Source of the DNA: the human T2T-CHM13v2.0 reference genome, Homo sapiens | Length of the DNA: 64,000 bases | Direction: 5' to 3' (one strand) | Assembly: GCF_009914755.1 (NCBI RefSeq) | Contig: NC_060935.1 | Shown here: positions 1 through 12,369 of the stretch, piece after piece | How the letters are laid out: the number at the start of each line of letters is the position of its first letter | How positions within the stretch are numbered: position 1 is the first letter of the stretch | The notes under the pieces: generated by a model | Database searches by the model: none | What the model was told of the DNA's origin: nothing | What the model saw: only the letters and a program-made list of their open reading frames with translations | Made by a program: the position numbers and the translations under genes

Positions 1-329
1 TTCCTTGATGAAGGGCCATCTGCCTGTGTCTGGCTGCCTGTCTGTGAGCTTTCGTGTCTTGGGGGCTCTGCTGCATTGCAAGAAGGAGCTGGGACAGAGC
101 TCTGAGAGAGGGGAAGGAGGCAGGGAGAGGGAGTTTGATTCCTGAAGAATCTTCCTTTTCCCATGAAGACAAGCAAGCTGATGGCCAGCGTAGAGCCACA
201 GCCTGGAAAACTTTATTTTTAAATTTATTTTTGGTGGGGAAAGAGTTGGGTTAGCTCTAATTTACGGCAACCTCCCCAGTTCCCTGACACTGCTGCCTCC
301 TCATATGCTTTGCTAAGAAAACCTGGATG

Positions 330-656
<327 letters not shown>

Positions 657-714
657 TTATTGCTTAATTAACCCTTCTCCCTTTCTTTGACCCTTCTCCT
701 CCTTGGTTGCCTTG

Positions 715-1100
715 TGTGGTTGATGGTGACATCATCCATCCAATTTCTTATCCTGTAACTTCCAAGTTACCCTTAACTCCTGCCTTTGCCCAATCCCCAG
801 CCTTCTATGAGATACCACATGCAGCCTGCAAACTCCCACAGCTGTACGCAGGCATGTGGCCTCTTGCCTCGACATCTGGCCCCACCGTCCAACCCACCTT
901 TCAGCCTCCAGGCAGGTCCTCACCTCTGCCATCCTCCACGTGATCCCCAAACGTTGCTGATCAACACACCACAGCTGGAATCCACAGAGGCGCCACAGTA
1001 CCGAAAGGGTGGCTCAAACCACATCGCATGGCTCATAAGGCCCTTGGCGAGTTGACATCAGGCTCCCTCTCTCCCAAAGCCACACCGTCTTCCTGCAGGC
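715..1100 (+). mobile_element. degenerate L2 LINE fragment
   Basis: Pyrimidine-rich L2-like motifs (catcatccatccaa...cccttaactcctgcc; ctcataaggccct); heavily diverged. Confidence 0.4.
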
Positions 1101-1164
1101 ACCGCCAGTGGACACACCGAACACCCCTCTTGTCCAAACACACTGCAGCTCCCTACATACAAAG

Positions 1165-1365
1165 GGCAGGAGCTAGACTGTGGAATGAGGTTGACTAGCG
1201 CTTACATCCAGACACTACTGTACCACTTGCTTTCCGGGCAGATTATCTTCCCTTTCTGAGTCTCAGTTTCTTCATCTGTATTAATGGAGATGACCTAAGA
1301 GCTGCCCTGAGGATTAAGTGGTATAATGCACTTAAACATGACAAAAAAAATGCACTAAATAAGTG
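1165..1365 (+). mobile_element. MIR SINE
   Basis: MIR core tctgagtctcagtttcttcatctgta...gaggattaagtggtataatgca. Confidence 0.8.
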
Positions 1366-3772
1366 TCATCTCCTTCCTTTCCAGCCTCTGCCTGCACAAA
1401 CCCACTGTTCTTTCGCTCAGGGTGCTCTGCCCTGCGACTCAGCCTCCTTCGGGCTGCGGCTTAGCATGTTCCCCTCAGCCTCCTTGCAAATGAAGGCTTA
1501 GTCACTTCCTCCGCTGGTCCCCCAGACCTGTGTTCACCTGGCTCACAGCCCTCCTTAATTACAATTGTAATTGTTTATGTGCTTGTTTATGCGGGAGATG
1601 ACAGGACTACAAGAAGGCGGGACTTCCTCTATTGCCCTAGGCCCTGGGGTGAACTGCAGCCAGCACTGGCCTTGCCGGCTCACTGCACAGGGTGGGCACT
1701 TAGTCCCTGACTTGGACAAGCCACTCAACCCCTAGGAACCTGTTTTCTTATCTAGAACATGAGGGTAATAGTTCCCAGTTGCCAAAGCTTTTCCCACAGA
1801 CCCTGACTCAGAGGAGATATTCAATGAATGCTGGTTCTACTCTACCTTTCCAGGGCTAAGTCCTACGACTGTGACACAACTGATGCTCAGTGGCTCTTTG
1901 TTTAATGAATGAATACATGAATAGTGATTAGAGATGAGGCCCCAGGACCTATAGCTTTAGATCCAAAAGAGGTCAGAAGATTTAGACCAACCCTAATAAC
2001 CTGAACTCATGTAAAAGTGGCTCTTTCCTCCCAGTCCAAACCACAAATCCTAAATGCTCATTCAGCCTCACTTGCCGGGGACTCAGCTTCTCCCGGGGCC
2101 TCCGGGTGGGTCCCATGATTGCTCTGATCACCTCCCTATTATTGGATATTAATCAAGTCCTACTCAGACCACAAACAAGCAGCCCTGCTCTTGACAGTCA
2201 TCTGAGGATCTTTGTTGGTGATGAGGAGAGTGGGAGGAAGGGAGAGTGAAGGAAGAAGAGAGGGAAAGTGATGAGAAGAGAGAGCCAGGGAGGCTCAGAG
2301 ACTGAGCAAGTGCCAAGAAGGGAAGATGACAACGCTGGTGAAGTCTGAACAAATGCAAAGTCAAGCACAATAATAATTTGGGCAAAATGGCAAATGGCAC
2401 AGCTGAGGAGGAAATAGCATTGTGAATGTAAAAACTCCTAAATGGAGCGCAGATGGGAGGGAAAAGTGTAATCTTCTGGAAAAGCCTCTAATTGTCTGCC
2501 CACACTAATAATTTCAGCAAACGCTCCCTCTCTCCCTCCTGCGTATAATTACACCATTCCATCTGTCTATCAGCAGGTTTTTTACTGTGCCTTACTGCTA
2601 CCACGTTCTCATGCTCACGGAGAGATGAGGGGTTTTTGAAGATTTAAGAATCCTTCTGACACATATCCTGAAGAAAAAACACTCAGGCAGACAAATCCCT
2701 CTCCCAGGCCTGCTAAGACTCTATTTTAAAAAGTTGTATAATCTCTCCAAACGCTATTATGAAGTCCAAAGGAGGCAGGGCCACATGGACCCTCCACCTT
2801 GGGTGTTCTCATCTGCCGGCTTGTCTTAGTAGGTCAGCTCTGGAGAGACGACAGGTCAGGGGCTGCAGGGAGAAAGGGGCTGGCAGAGACACCGGCCCGT
2901 GCATCCCGCAGGTGGCAAGTCATAAGAGCATCTGCTCAGGGCTATCCCTTTAGAGTGTCTTAGGTGTCAAGGCCAGGGTTCTGCTGCGTGAGGAGGAAGA
3001 GGAATGCAAATGAAAGAGAAGAAGCCAGCCGGGAGTGGTGGGGGAGTGTCTGTGGCCATGTATTAGCTCAGCTCAGCTGGCCTGAGGAGCGCTGCCCAGC
3101 GCCCAAATCCAGGGCTCTGAGTGACTCCAACTGCCATTGGCTTCTCTCCCTGCTCTGGCAGTGAGTTCCAGAGAAGACAGGTGGCCTCGTGCACAGAGCC
3201 CAGTAGGAAAGGCTCCAGGTTTCCCACCCAAGTCACTGCCCTTCGTGCAGGAGGTACAGAGCTTCCCATTTGCTTGCTCCACGGGCAGGAGCTGCGATCT
3301 TAAGGGGCTGGGAGCTGCCTGCAGGTTCTTCATCAGGAAGTTTTCTTTTCATGTGAAAAATCACATCCCAGCTCTTCTCCCTTTCCTTTCCAATAAGTGG
3401 GTCCTAAGTAGTTACTGGAAGGGGTGCCAGGAGAGAGGCAGGACAGGTCAAAAAGGGGAATGAAGGCCAATGCCCCCAAGAGGATCTTGAAGGCTAGAGG
3501 TGTGGTGGTGGCAGTGGGTGCCACGAGGTGTGACCTATTCACCAGATGTGGATTGGGCCAAGGAAATGTCACACAGAGGCGATTTTGACAGAGCCAGAGC
3601 CCCTCCATCCAGCTTGTCCTCACATAGCCTGATATCATAACCGCATCTTCCCCAGAATTGCTGAGTGGATGGGGAGAAGAGTTGACTCACATCACAATTC
3701 ATTCGACAAATATTGATAGTGTTCCCACAAGGTGCAGTAAAGGCTGAATACAACACGTTTCCAATTCTCTAT

Positions 3773-4085
3773 GGCAGCAACATCTAATAGAAATATAATG
3801 CGAGCTGCAGCTGCAATTTTAAATTTTCTAGTAGCCACACTCAGCGAGTAAAAAGAAATGTGAAATTTCTTCGAATAGTATGTTTTATTTTAGTAATATT
3901 TCAAATATTATTAATTCAATAGATTATAATTATAAAATTATTTGTTAGCTATTTTACCTTTTTTTAGGTAATGTCTTCAAAGTCTGGTATATATTTATAT
4001 TTCCAGCATACTTCAGTTTGAGCTGGCCATGCTTCAAATGCTCACTGCCACATGTGGCTAGTGATGAGTGTATCAGATGGTATAG
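3773..4085 (+). mobile_element. MER33 (hAT-Charlie MITE)
   Basis: tctaatagaaatataatgcgagc...aaattttctagtagccaca...cacatgtggctagtg matches recalled MER33 consensus over about 310 bp. Confidence 0.88.
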
Positions 4086-4149
4086 AGCCAGAGCTTATTA
4101 AGGAGAAAAAATTGTATGTATAATTATAATTCTAGTATGTGCATTATTA

Positions 4150-4620
4150 TTATTATAGTTTAGGCCCGCGAAGTAATTCGCTAAACACTTTCACATACAT
4201 TATCTCTGATCTTAGCAATTTTGTGAGATGATTAGTTATTGATATTTTTTATCAGATAAATAAAAATAAGGCCGGACATGGAGGCTCATGTGTGTAATCC
4301 CAACACTTTGGGAGGCTGAGGTGGGAGGATCAGTTGAGTTCTGGGGTTCGAGACCAGCCCGAGCAACAAAGTGAGACCCCATCTTTACAAAAAATAAAAA
4401 AATTCATTGAGCGTGGTGGCTCATGCCTGTGGTCCCAGCTACATGGGAGGTTGAGGCAGGAGGATGGCTTGATTCCAGGAGGTTGAGGCTGCAGTGAATT
4501 ATGCTTGTGCCACTGCAGCTCAGCCTAGGAGACAGAGTAAGACTTTGTCACAAAAAAAAAAAAAGAGAGAGAGAGATATTCAGAGAACCGAAGTGACTTG
4601 TGACTTCAGAGCAGTAACTT
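4150..4620 (-). mobile_element. MIR interrupted by AluJ
   Basis: ctaaacactttcacatacattatctc...tcagata before the Alu; ttcagagaaccgaagtgacttg after it. Confidence 0.7.
4270..4564 (+). mobile_element. AluJ SINE
   Basis: J diagnostics gggaggatcagttgag, gcaacaaagtgagacccc, gaggctgcagtga; poly-A followed by (GA)n. Confidence 0.95.
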
Positions 4621-4818
4621 GACATCCTTATTTCCTACTTTCTGAAACAAGTATATGTACACACACATTTTTCTGTGTGACTCAGTATGGCACATTGGAA
4701 GAGGCAGCGTACCACCTTATTTTCCTCTTCATTACAGCTGCTTTCTTCTTAAGAACACTCTGAAGAACAGGACCGGAAAACGATGTGAGGTCCCCACACT
4801 GTGTTCCACATACAATTA

Positions 4819-4897
4819 TTAGATTGGTGCAAAAGCAATTGAGGTTTTTGCAATTACTTTTAATGGCAAAACTGCAATTACTTTTGCACTAACCTAA
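4819..4897. mobile_element. MADE1 (Hsmar1-derived mariner MITE), essentially full length
   Basis: 79-bp palindrome ttagattggtgcaaaagcaattg...caattacttttgcactaacctaa flanked by TA target duplications (4817-18, 4898-99). Confidence 0.96.
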
Positions 4898-6119
4898 TAT
4901 CTCCCTTTACTAATCTCTGCTGCTGTCCCCAGATCAGCTGAGGCCCCACCTTTGGCCGATCCTCTGCCTCCTAGCCTTTCTGGCGGACCCCATTCTTAGA
5001 AGGCTGGGGAGTGGGCCTCAGGAAGCAGCCGGGGCTCTGAGGAGCCCAGGCATTGTCTTTTCTGTGAGACTCATCCCGCTATTCAGCAGGTGAAACCTCT
5101 CCGCCTGTCATTCTCTCCCCACCCCATAATGTGCAACAGGCCTGACTTTGTGATGGGCAAATATCTCTCTGAGATCTTCTTTACAGGCATTCACCCCCCA
5201 CACCCTCCTCAGCAGTCTTGGGCTAATGAGCTCAGTTCCTTTAAACCCAGCTCCTGCCTCAGCCCTTCTCAGAAACTTATATCCGGCCATGTAGACAAAG
5301 CTAGAATTAAGGCTTCCAGATTTATTTCATTTAACAAGAACCCACAAAGCCAGCCCAGTAGCCCATTCATCCCAAAATAGCTTCTGAAAGCCTGAACATA
5401 CGTCAGTGTCTCTTTGCAGAAACCACACTGCATTGTCATGAAAGGGCCATTTGAACAAGGTAGCTACAATGAAATTATCTCAATGCATTTCAATCACTTT
5501 GCAACATCAAGGTTCATTTCTCAGTAACAGTCTCTTTGACAATAAATGAATTGCGTGATTGGTGTGTGTTTGCGTGTGTGCATGTGTGTGACACCCCTTC
5601 ATGATGAATTCCTGGGTATGCCAATGTTACAAGTGATTGGTCTTTGCATCCATCTCTTAGCATAAATCCCCAGCATCAACGTGACATGTTGAGCAGCACC
5701 GAGCCCCCTGGATTCTCTCAGTCTTGGTGAGAGAGGGAGTGGGGACTGTGTTCACGCTGTTACAAAAGGACATCTAAGAGGGACAGCAGGGAGGAAGCTG
5801 GGCAGAAATGCTCCGAATCAATAGCTCTTTCTTCTTGGTGGCTTGGAGCTTGCAATCTCTCAGCCTGTGTCGAGTCATCATGAAACTGAAGAATCCTTGG
5901 AAAGTCACTGGGTTGGGCACTTTTAAAAGTAGAGTCTTTTCTGTTCTGCTTAGAAACTCTCATGGCATGCTACAGAGAAAAGAGGAGCAGAGGCCCACAG
6001 AGCTCCCTTCACCAGAGAAGGGAGCGAGGAGGTCAGAGGGTGGAGGAGGTGGGCTGGGATCTCCCAGGGCAGCACCTGGGCGGAGTTCTGGAGCCACTCC
6101 CAGCCTGGGGAGAAGCCCT

Positions 6120-6630
6120 GCCCCTACTGTTTGCTAAAAGTTTGGACAAATCCTTCTCTGCCCTGTACCTCAGGTTTTCCATCTGTAAAGTGGGAAGACA
6201 ACCATCCCACAGAGGTGCCATGAAAGATTTTTAGGGAGTACCTAAAAGGTTCTTTAGGTGCTAGTCAAGTCCCGGGGTCTCGATGTGTCATTAACTTGCT
6301 GTGTGGTCTTGAGCAAGTTACTTAAGATTTGTTAGGTCTCCTTCCTTTCTTTATAACAGGGTAATAACCTACCTCCCTATTTAACTTATGAGTAAAGCAG
6401 AATGGCTGTGAGAGTGGGCCTGGAGCCAAAGATACCTGACTGTAAATCTGAGCTCTGCTCCATCATCTTGGGTAGTCTGCTAAGGTTTCTGTCTCCTGTC
6501 CAAACCTTCATCTGTAAACGGGAGCAAATCATCTCTAATTTGTAGACCTGTTGTGAGAATTTAATGATAATGCATGTAAAATGCCTAGCAGGGGCCTGTC
6601 ACATAGAATGTACCCTATTGATGGTAGCTG
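6120..6630 (+). mobile_element. cluster of about 3 MIR fragments
   Basis: Repeated MIR cores: cctcaggttttccatctgtaaagtggg; tgctgtgtggtcttgagcaagttacttaa; ttcatctgtaaacggg...gcctgtcacatag. Confidence 0.8.
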
Positions 6631-6843
6631 CAGGTATATTACAAGGTTGTACTGAAAAACAAATGAAAGAAAGCAATCTTTCCTTGAAAAATGCACAGAG
6701 CTCCACAAATCTATGACATCATGATGATTATGATGATTGTTGCAAATGTCACATCTTCATGTGGAGTCGAGGTGGGCATTAGCCACACTGTTCCCATTAC
6801 TCAAACCCCAGATGCTCCAATGACAGAGCCTCTGCTGAGAGGC

Positions 6844-6851
6844 TGACGTCA
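6844..6851. promoter_or_regulatory. full CRE palindrome (TGACGTCA)
   Basis: Exact CREB/ATF consensus with intact CpG; occupancy unknown. Confidence 0.3.
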
Positions 6852-7759
6852 GGGAGAGGTGGAGGAGGGCAGATCTCCCAACCCTTGGCTTCCACCAGCT
6901 TCCTCTCACCGTGGAGCCCTAAGGCCTCAGCAGACACGCTGACTTCTTTTCAGAACAAAGCACAGCAAAACAAAACACACAGCGGCTGCTGAATGGAAAA
7001 CACTTGCACTCTAGAAAGGCTGGCAAATTCCCTGCCTCGTCCCACCCTGCACGGACAGGGCCCTCTCTGCCCAGCCACCTCCTGGTGCACCCCGCTGTAT
7101 CTCTGACCACACTTTAAATGTGCACCCTAGGAGGTGGATGCTCTGCAGAGAGTGTGTGTGTCTGATCTGAGGCCTGTGGTCCCCTGAAGAAAGACCAACA
7201 GGACTGGGTGCCATCCTGTGCCCAAGTTGTTCCCAGGAGGAGAAAGCCTGTAGGAGGGGAGCAAGCTCCCATTCTGCCTCCATTCCTTGCAAGGTCAGCC
7301 AGCTACATGCTTTCTTCTGGCTGGGCCCCTGAGGGCAATTGTTGCTTTTTCCTCTTGAGGAGTCTTTTTATTTTCAGAGTGGCAGGGAGGATGGTTTATG
7401 GTGAGTATGGACCTAAATGAGAAGGGTGAGTAGTAGATGGCGTATTCTCTGGGCTGTGAATCCTGGTCAGGTGGGGGTGGCTGGGCTGGGGCAGGAGACA
7501 CTGTAAAGAGCCAGTAGGCCTGGATTCCTTCCAGCCGTGCTGCTTCCTGCCATTTACTCCATCTGACCTACTTCACAGGCTGGGCTGCCATGAGCGGCTG
7601 CTGCAGGCTGTGCACTGCACAAGGCCAAGGCTTACCATTTGCATGGTCTGCGGAGGAATGGTGCTCCTGAGAGCTGTTCTCTGCAGCAGCTTTGCTCATG
7701 GGGCACTGGTGAGCAGCAAACAGAATCATCGTCTTCATCACCATCAGCAGGAGCAGTGA

Positions 7760-7990
7760 CTTTACCAATGATTGATCAGCTGTTATGTGCCAGGCTCTGT
7801 GCTAAGTGCTTTACATTTTATCCTCCCCTCCACCCTATATCAGGTAAGTACTGTTATATCTCATCCCCATTTTATAAGTGAGAACACTGAGGCCAAAGGA
7901 ATTAAGTGATCGGTCAGAGGTCAGTCAGATCGGGAGTGATGGGGCTGTAATCCAAATGCTGGGCTGGCTGACTCCTAAGTTCACACTTTG
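7760..7990 (-). mobile_element. MIR SINE
   Basis: tatgtgccaggctctgtgctaagtgctttaca...ccccattttataagtgagaacactgaggc. Confidence 0.9.
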
Positions 7991-9586
7991 TCTTCATTCA
8001 TGATACAAAAGAGATGTCTGTTTTCCTGAGGCCCACGGGCAGGGGAGGCAGGACTCCTAAGCCTGGGCCCTCTGACTGCCTGGGCCAGTGTTTCCGTGCC
8101 AGAAACCCTGTCTCAGAGGGCAGGAAAGAGAATGGGGAGCCCTTGCAGAATGTGGTTGGATCCTTCTCTCTTGGCTCTGTCATCCTTGCCTTGGGATGTC
8201 CTCCCAACACAGGCCATTAATCTCACTCAAGGGCCAGTGCTGGCAGCGGTTATGCTGGGGACATCTACATACCTTGCATTCCTCCCCTTTCACAGAAAGG
8301 AAGAAGAAATGGAATTGTCTGTCAGATTGCTTGAACTCACTCTCTGGAATCACTGCGCCCATCTTTTCAGAGATGTTGCTACCAGAATCATTCCCCCCTT
8401 CTCTTATTTATATACACTCACACAATTAGATATAACTATATTCACACATAGACACATATTACAACTTGAACTTAGCACCTGCTCTTGATATGTATGCCCA
8501 GAAGGCTGTCACACAATCTTGCACACACCCACACATTTGCACATGCCCATCCAGCTGAGCAACATGTATTTACACAGCACACACATTTGCATCATATCTG
8601 TTCATGTGCATGCATGTGCACAGCTGTTCCCCTTAACTGCAGAATGAAGTGAGCACAGCAGCACAGAACAACAGCTGGTAGGAAGCATGTTTGTCGGGGT
8701 GTGGGGAGTGCAGGAGAGAGGAGGTGGGGTGGGGCCGGGAAGAAGTGAGTACTAGCAGAACAGAGGCTTGCAAAAGACTGCAGCAACCAGCCCCAGCTGG
8801 CTGTAGGGGCTCACAGTCTTGTCACTTAGAAGGTCTGTCTGAGAGACCTTGGTGGAGTGCAGCTTCAGCATTTGGGGCCACAGCTCTGCAGGCTTTTTCT
8901 CTAAAAGGCTGCCCTATTTGTGTTGTGTGTCCCTGTACACGTGCGTATTTGGCTCAGGCTGACTTTCCATACACAGACAGGGCTCTATTTTTGGATGTCT
9001 TGGTTCTCATGAGTTGTGGCTAAGTGAGGAAGTCTGAGTCTCTCCTGATGCCCACGCTTCCAGGATGGCTCCTGGCTGTCTGCGTTAGCAGGTCACTTTT
9101 GGGCTAGCTACCTATACCAGTCCAAAGGCTTGATACAGGAACCACATCAGAATTGGTGACAAAACAAGCTGGGGGGCTCCTAAAGGAAGATACTGGGATT
9201 CTCAATAGGCCATCACCCAAGGGAAGCAGTATTCTCCTCCTGCGACCATGCCATGGGATGAAAGCCTCTGCCCTGTATGTCTGGCCACCTTGCTAAAAAC
9301 TGTCAGCCAGCTCTAGGCAGCTCCAGAGCTGTATGACAGGAGTGGGAGGACTCTTGGGTCAGAACTGTATTTGTGGGTGGTAAATTTATATCTTACCCAC
9401 TGAATATAGCTTTTTATGGCTCAAGACATAGGTTTGGTTTTCTTAAAAAAAGGTTTTCTTAATTCAAAAAATGTACACATTTATAGTAAGAATACAAACA
9501 GTACAAAGATGTCAGTCCTTTTCTACTCGTGCCAAAATTATAAACAGTTTATTTGCATCATTCTGCAAATTTTATATATGTCTTTG

Positions 9587-10010
9587 TGATATGGTTTGGA
9601 GGTTTGTCCTCTTCAAATCTCATGTTGAAATGTGATCCCCAGTATTGAAGGTGGGGCCTGGTGGGAGGTGATTGGGTCATGAGGTCGGATTCCTCAGGAA
9701 TGGTTTGGCACTAACCTCTTGGTGATAAGTGAGTTGTTGATCAGTTTGTTCACATGAGATCTGGTTGTTTAAAAGTCTGAGACCTCTCCTTCCCTCTCTC
9801 TTGCACCTTCTCTCCCCATGTGATGTACCTGCTCCTGCTTCACCTTCTGCCATGATTGGAAGCTTCCTGAGGCCTCACCAGAAGCTGAGAAGATACTGGA
9901 ACCGTGCTTCCTGTACAGCCTGCAGAACTGTGAGCCAATTAAACCTCTTTTCTTTATAAATTATCCCACCTCAGATATTTCTTTATAGTAATGTAAGAAT
10001 GGTCTAACAC
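9587..10010 (+). mobile_element. MSTB-type MaLR solo LTR
   Basis: tgatatggtttgg...aaatctcatgttgaaatgtgatcccc...cagcctgcagaactgtgagccaattaaacctcttttctttataaa...ctaacac. Confidence 0.93.
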
Positions 10011-10079
10011 TACGTATGTGCAAGTGTATATGTATATGTAATGTATAGCTATGTGTATGTGCATAAATGGAAAATGCAC

Positions 10080-10606
10080 TGTGGTAAATTACAGATGGCT
10101 ACAAACACTTAGCCACTCCTCCCAGAAAGAGGTGGAGGCTACCTCTCCTATTTTAGAACTGCCATGGCACTGTGACTTGCCTTGACCACTAAAATGTTGA
10201 GAAAGTGATGCTGCGTAACTTCTGGGAAAAACTTTAAGAGATTTGCTGTTTCTGCTTGCAGTCACTTAGAATGCTCCTTTTCAGAATCTGGCCCCTGTGC
10301 TGTGAGAAGCCTACCCCACATGGAAATATACACAGAGGAAAATGGAGGCAGTGGCCAAAAACATAAGTCAAGCTCCTAGTCAACAGCCAGTGCTGATTAT
10401 CAGCCATGTGAGTGAACCACTAGGGCCTTCTAGCCCAGTCAAGCCTTCAGATGACTGCAGCCCCCGATGTCACTATACGGAGCAGGTGAACCACTCAACT
10501 GAACATTGCCAAGCCACAGAACCATGAAAGTTAGTACATGGTGGGTTTTATTTCCAGTGGCTATATTTTGGGATAGTTTGTCACATAGAAATAGAGAACT
10601 GAAACA
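10080..10606 (+). mobile_element. MLT1G/H-type MaLR solo LTR
   Basis: TG...CA ends; agatggctaca...gaggtggag...tgtgacttgccttgacca...gtttgtcacatagaaatagagaactgaaaca. Confidence 0.85.
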
Positions 10607-10619
10607 TGAAGATATATTT

Positions 10620-11920
10620 GATTCATTTAAATAAATATTTAGTAATTTTCTGATTGGCTATACCATTTTCTTTTTAATTAATACCACACTTAATAGGTAA
10701 ATGTACAGCTATGTGTATAATGGAAAGTGTACTGGGGACATGCAAATATCGTTTAAGTACAATTAGGTTTTTATCTAGTTATTTGCAAAAATGCAGCAAT
10801 AGACATCCTGTGTGTGGATATTTGTTCACATGTATAAATATATGTCTCTAGGTTAAATTTCTAGGAACAAAATGCTTAATAAATGACATGTAAATTTAAA
10901 ATTTTAATAGACATTGACAAATTCTCTTCCAAAGGTACCATGCCACCAGTGGTATGAATGTGCCTGATTCCCCACTTCCTTGTACACAGGACATGGAGAT
11001 ATGCTCAAACCTTTCATCTTCGGTTGTGTAATAAATTTTTAAAAATCATTTATTTTGCTTTTCTTCAATAACAATTGAAGTTGTTCATCTTTTGATATGT
11101 TTATCAGCTATATTTTTCTTTTTCTGTAAACATCTTTTGCCCATTTTTCTACTGGTTCATAAGAGCTTTTTTCTGTATTGAATTTTAATAATTCTTTTTC
11201 CTTTTTGAACTGTAAGAACTCTTAGATGACAAATGAAAGAAATTAGCTCTTTATCAGTCATTTGTGCTATACATTTTTTTCCACAGATTGTTTTTTGACT
11301 TTTTTTTTTTTTTTAAGAGATGGGGTCTCACTGTACATACATCACACATTTTAAGAGATGGAATGCAATGGTGTGATCATAGTTCACTGTAATCTCAACC
11401 TCCTAGGCTCAAGCAATCTTCTTGGCTCAGCCTCTCAAGCAGCTGGGACTACAGGTGCATGCCACCACATTGGCTAATTTTTAAATTTTTTGTTGAGATG
11501 GGGACCTTGCCCAGGCTGGTCTTGAACTGCTGGCCTCAGGTGATCCTCCCGCCTCAGCCTCTCAAAGTGTTTGGATTGCAGACATAAGACACCTTGTCCA
11601 TGGCTTTTTTTTTTTTTTTTTGGCTTTTGACTGTACATACATCACACATATATACATCTGACACATTTTATTTTTGTCTGATTTTATGGTTTCGTCTTTC
11701 ATCTAGGCGGAATTTGTCTTGCTACAAGGGGTGAGGAAGGGATCCTGTCTAATTTTTTCTCCACAAATGTCTAGCTAGTTCCCCATAGCTTTCATTGATC
11801 ATTGATTTATCCCCCACTGCTTCAAAACACTGCTTGGTCATATACTAACTGCCCAGGTATATATTTGGGCCTATGTCTATACTCTATGTCAGTCCATTGT
11901 TCTCTCTGTTCATATGCCAA
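10620..11920 (-). mobile_element. old L1M (L1ME-like) fragment, interrupted by AluJ
   Basis: T-rich antisense L1 motifs: ccaccagtggtatgaatgtgcctgattcccca, ttttgcccatttttctactgg, gtgaggaagggatcc...ttttttctcca. Confidence 0.8.
11300..11604 (-). mobile_element. AluJ SINE with internal templated insertion
   Basis: Antisense Alu: poly-T, gatcatagttcactgtaatctcaacctcctaggctcaagcaatc (J type); ttttgact present at both flanks. Confidence 0.93.
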
Positions 11921-12369
11921 TACTGAAGGCTGCTTCTTAGCCTTTCCAGTCTGCATTTCCTCTGAGTCTGCTGTTCGCTGTTGGAGCCAGGGGCTAAAGT
12001 ACTCAGCCTGTACTGTCAGTCCCGGATAGAATGCTTCCATTTAAATTCTCATCTAACTCATTCTATTCCCCCTGTGGATTCTTCTCAGCACTTCTTTAGA
12101 AAGTCTCCTTTCCCTGGGTCATTTCTCCCAGACTAGAAAAATTCCTTCCCATAATAGCTCTTAAGTGCTTCCTCTTGGTCCTTGTGATGAGCTTTTTTTT
12201 TTTTTGGCTTTCCTAGGAATCCTTCCACTCTGGGCCAAAACTTCACCCTTCTTGCCTCCCTTGAGAAAGCAGTTATCTTTTTGTGGGCCATCCCCATGCA
12301 TTCATTCTCCTGCCTGTTCGCTCGCTTGCAGTATTACATGGGGTAGCGGGGTCAAGTCGGTGGAGGGTG

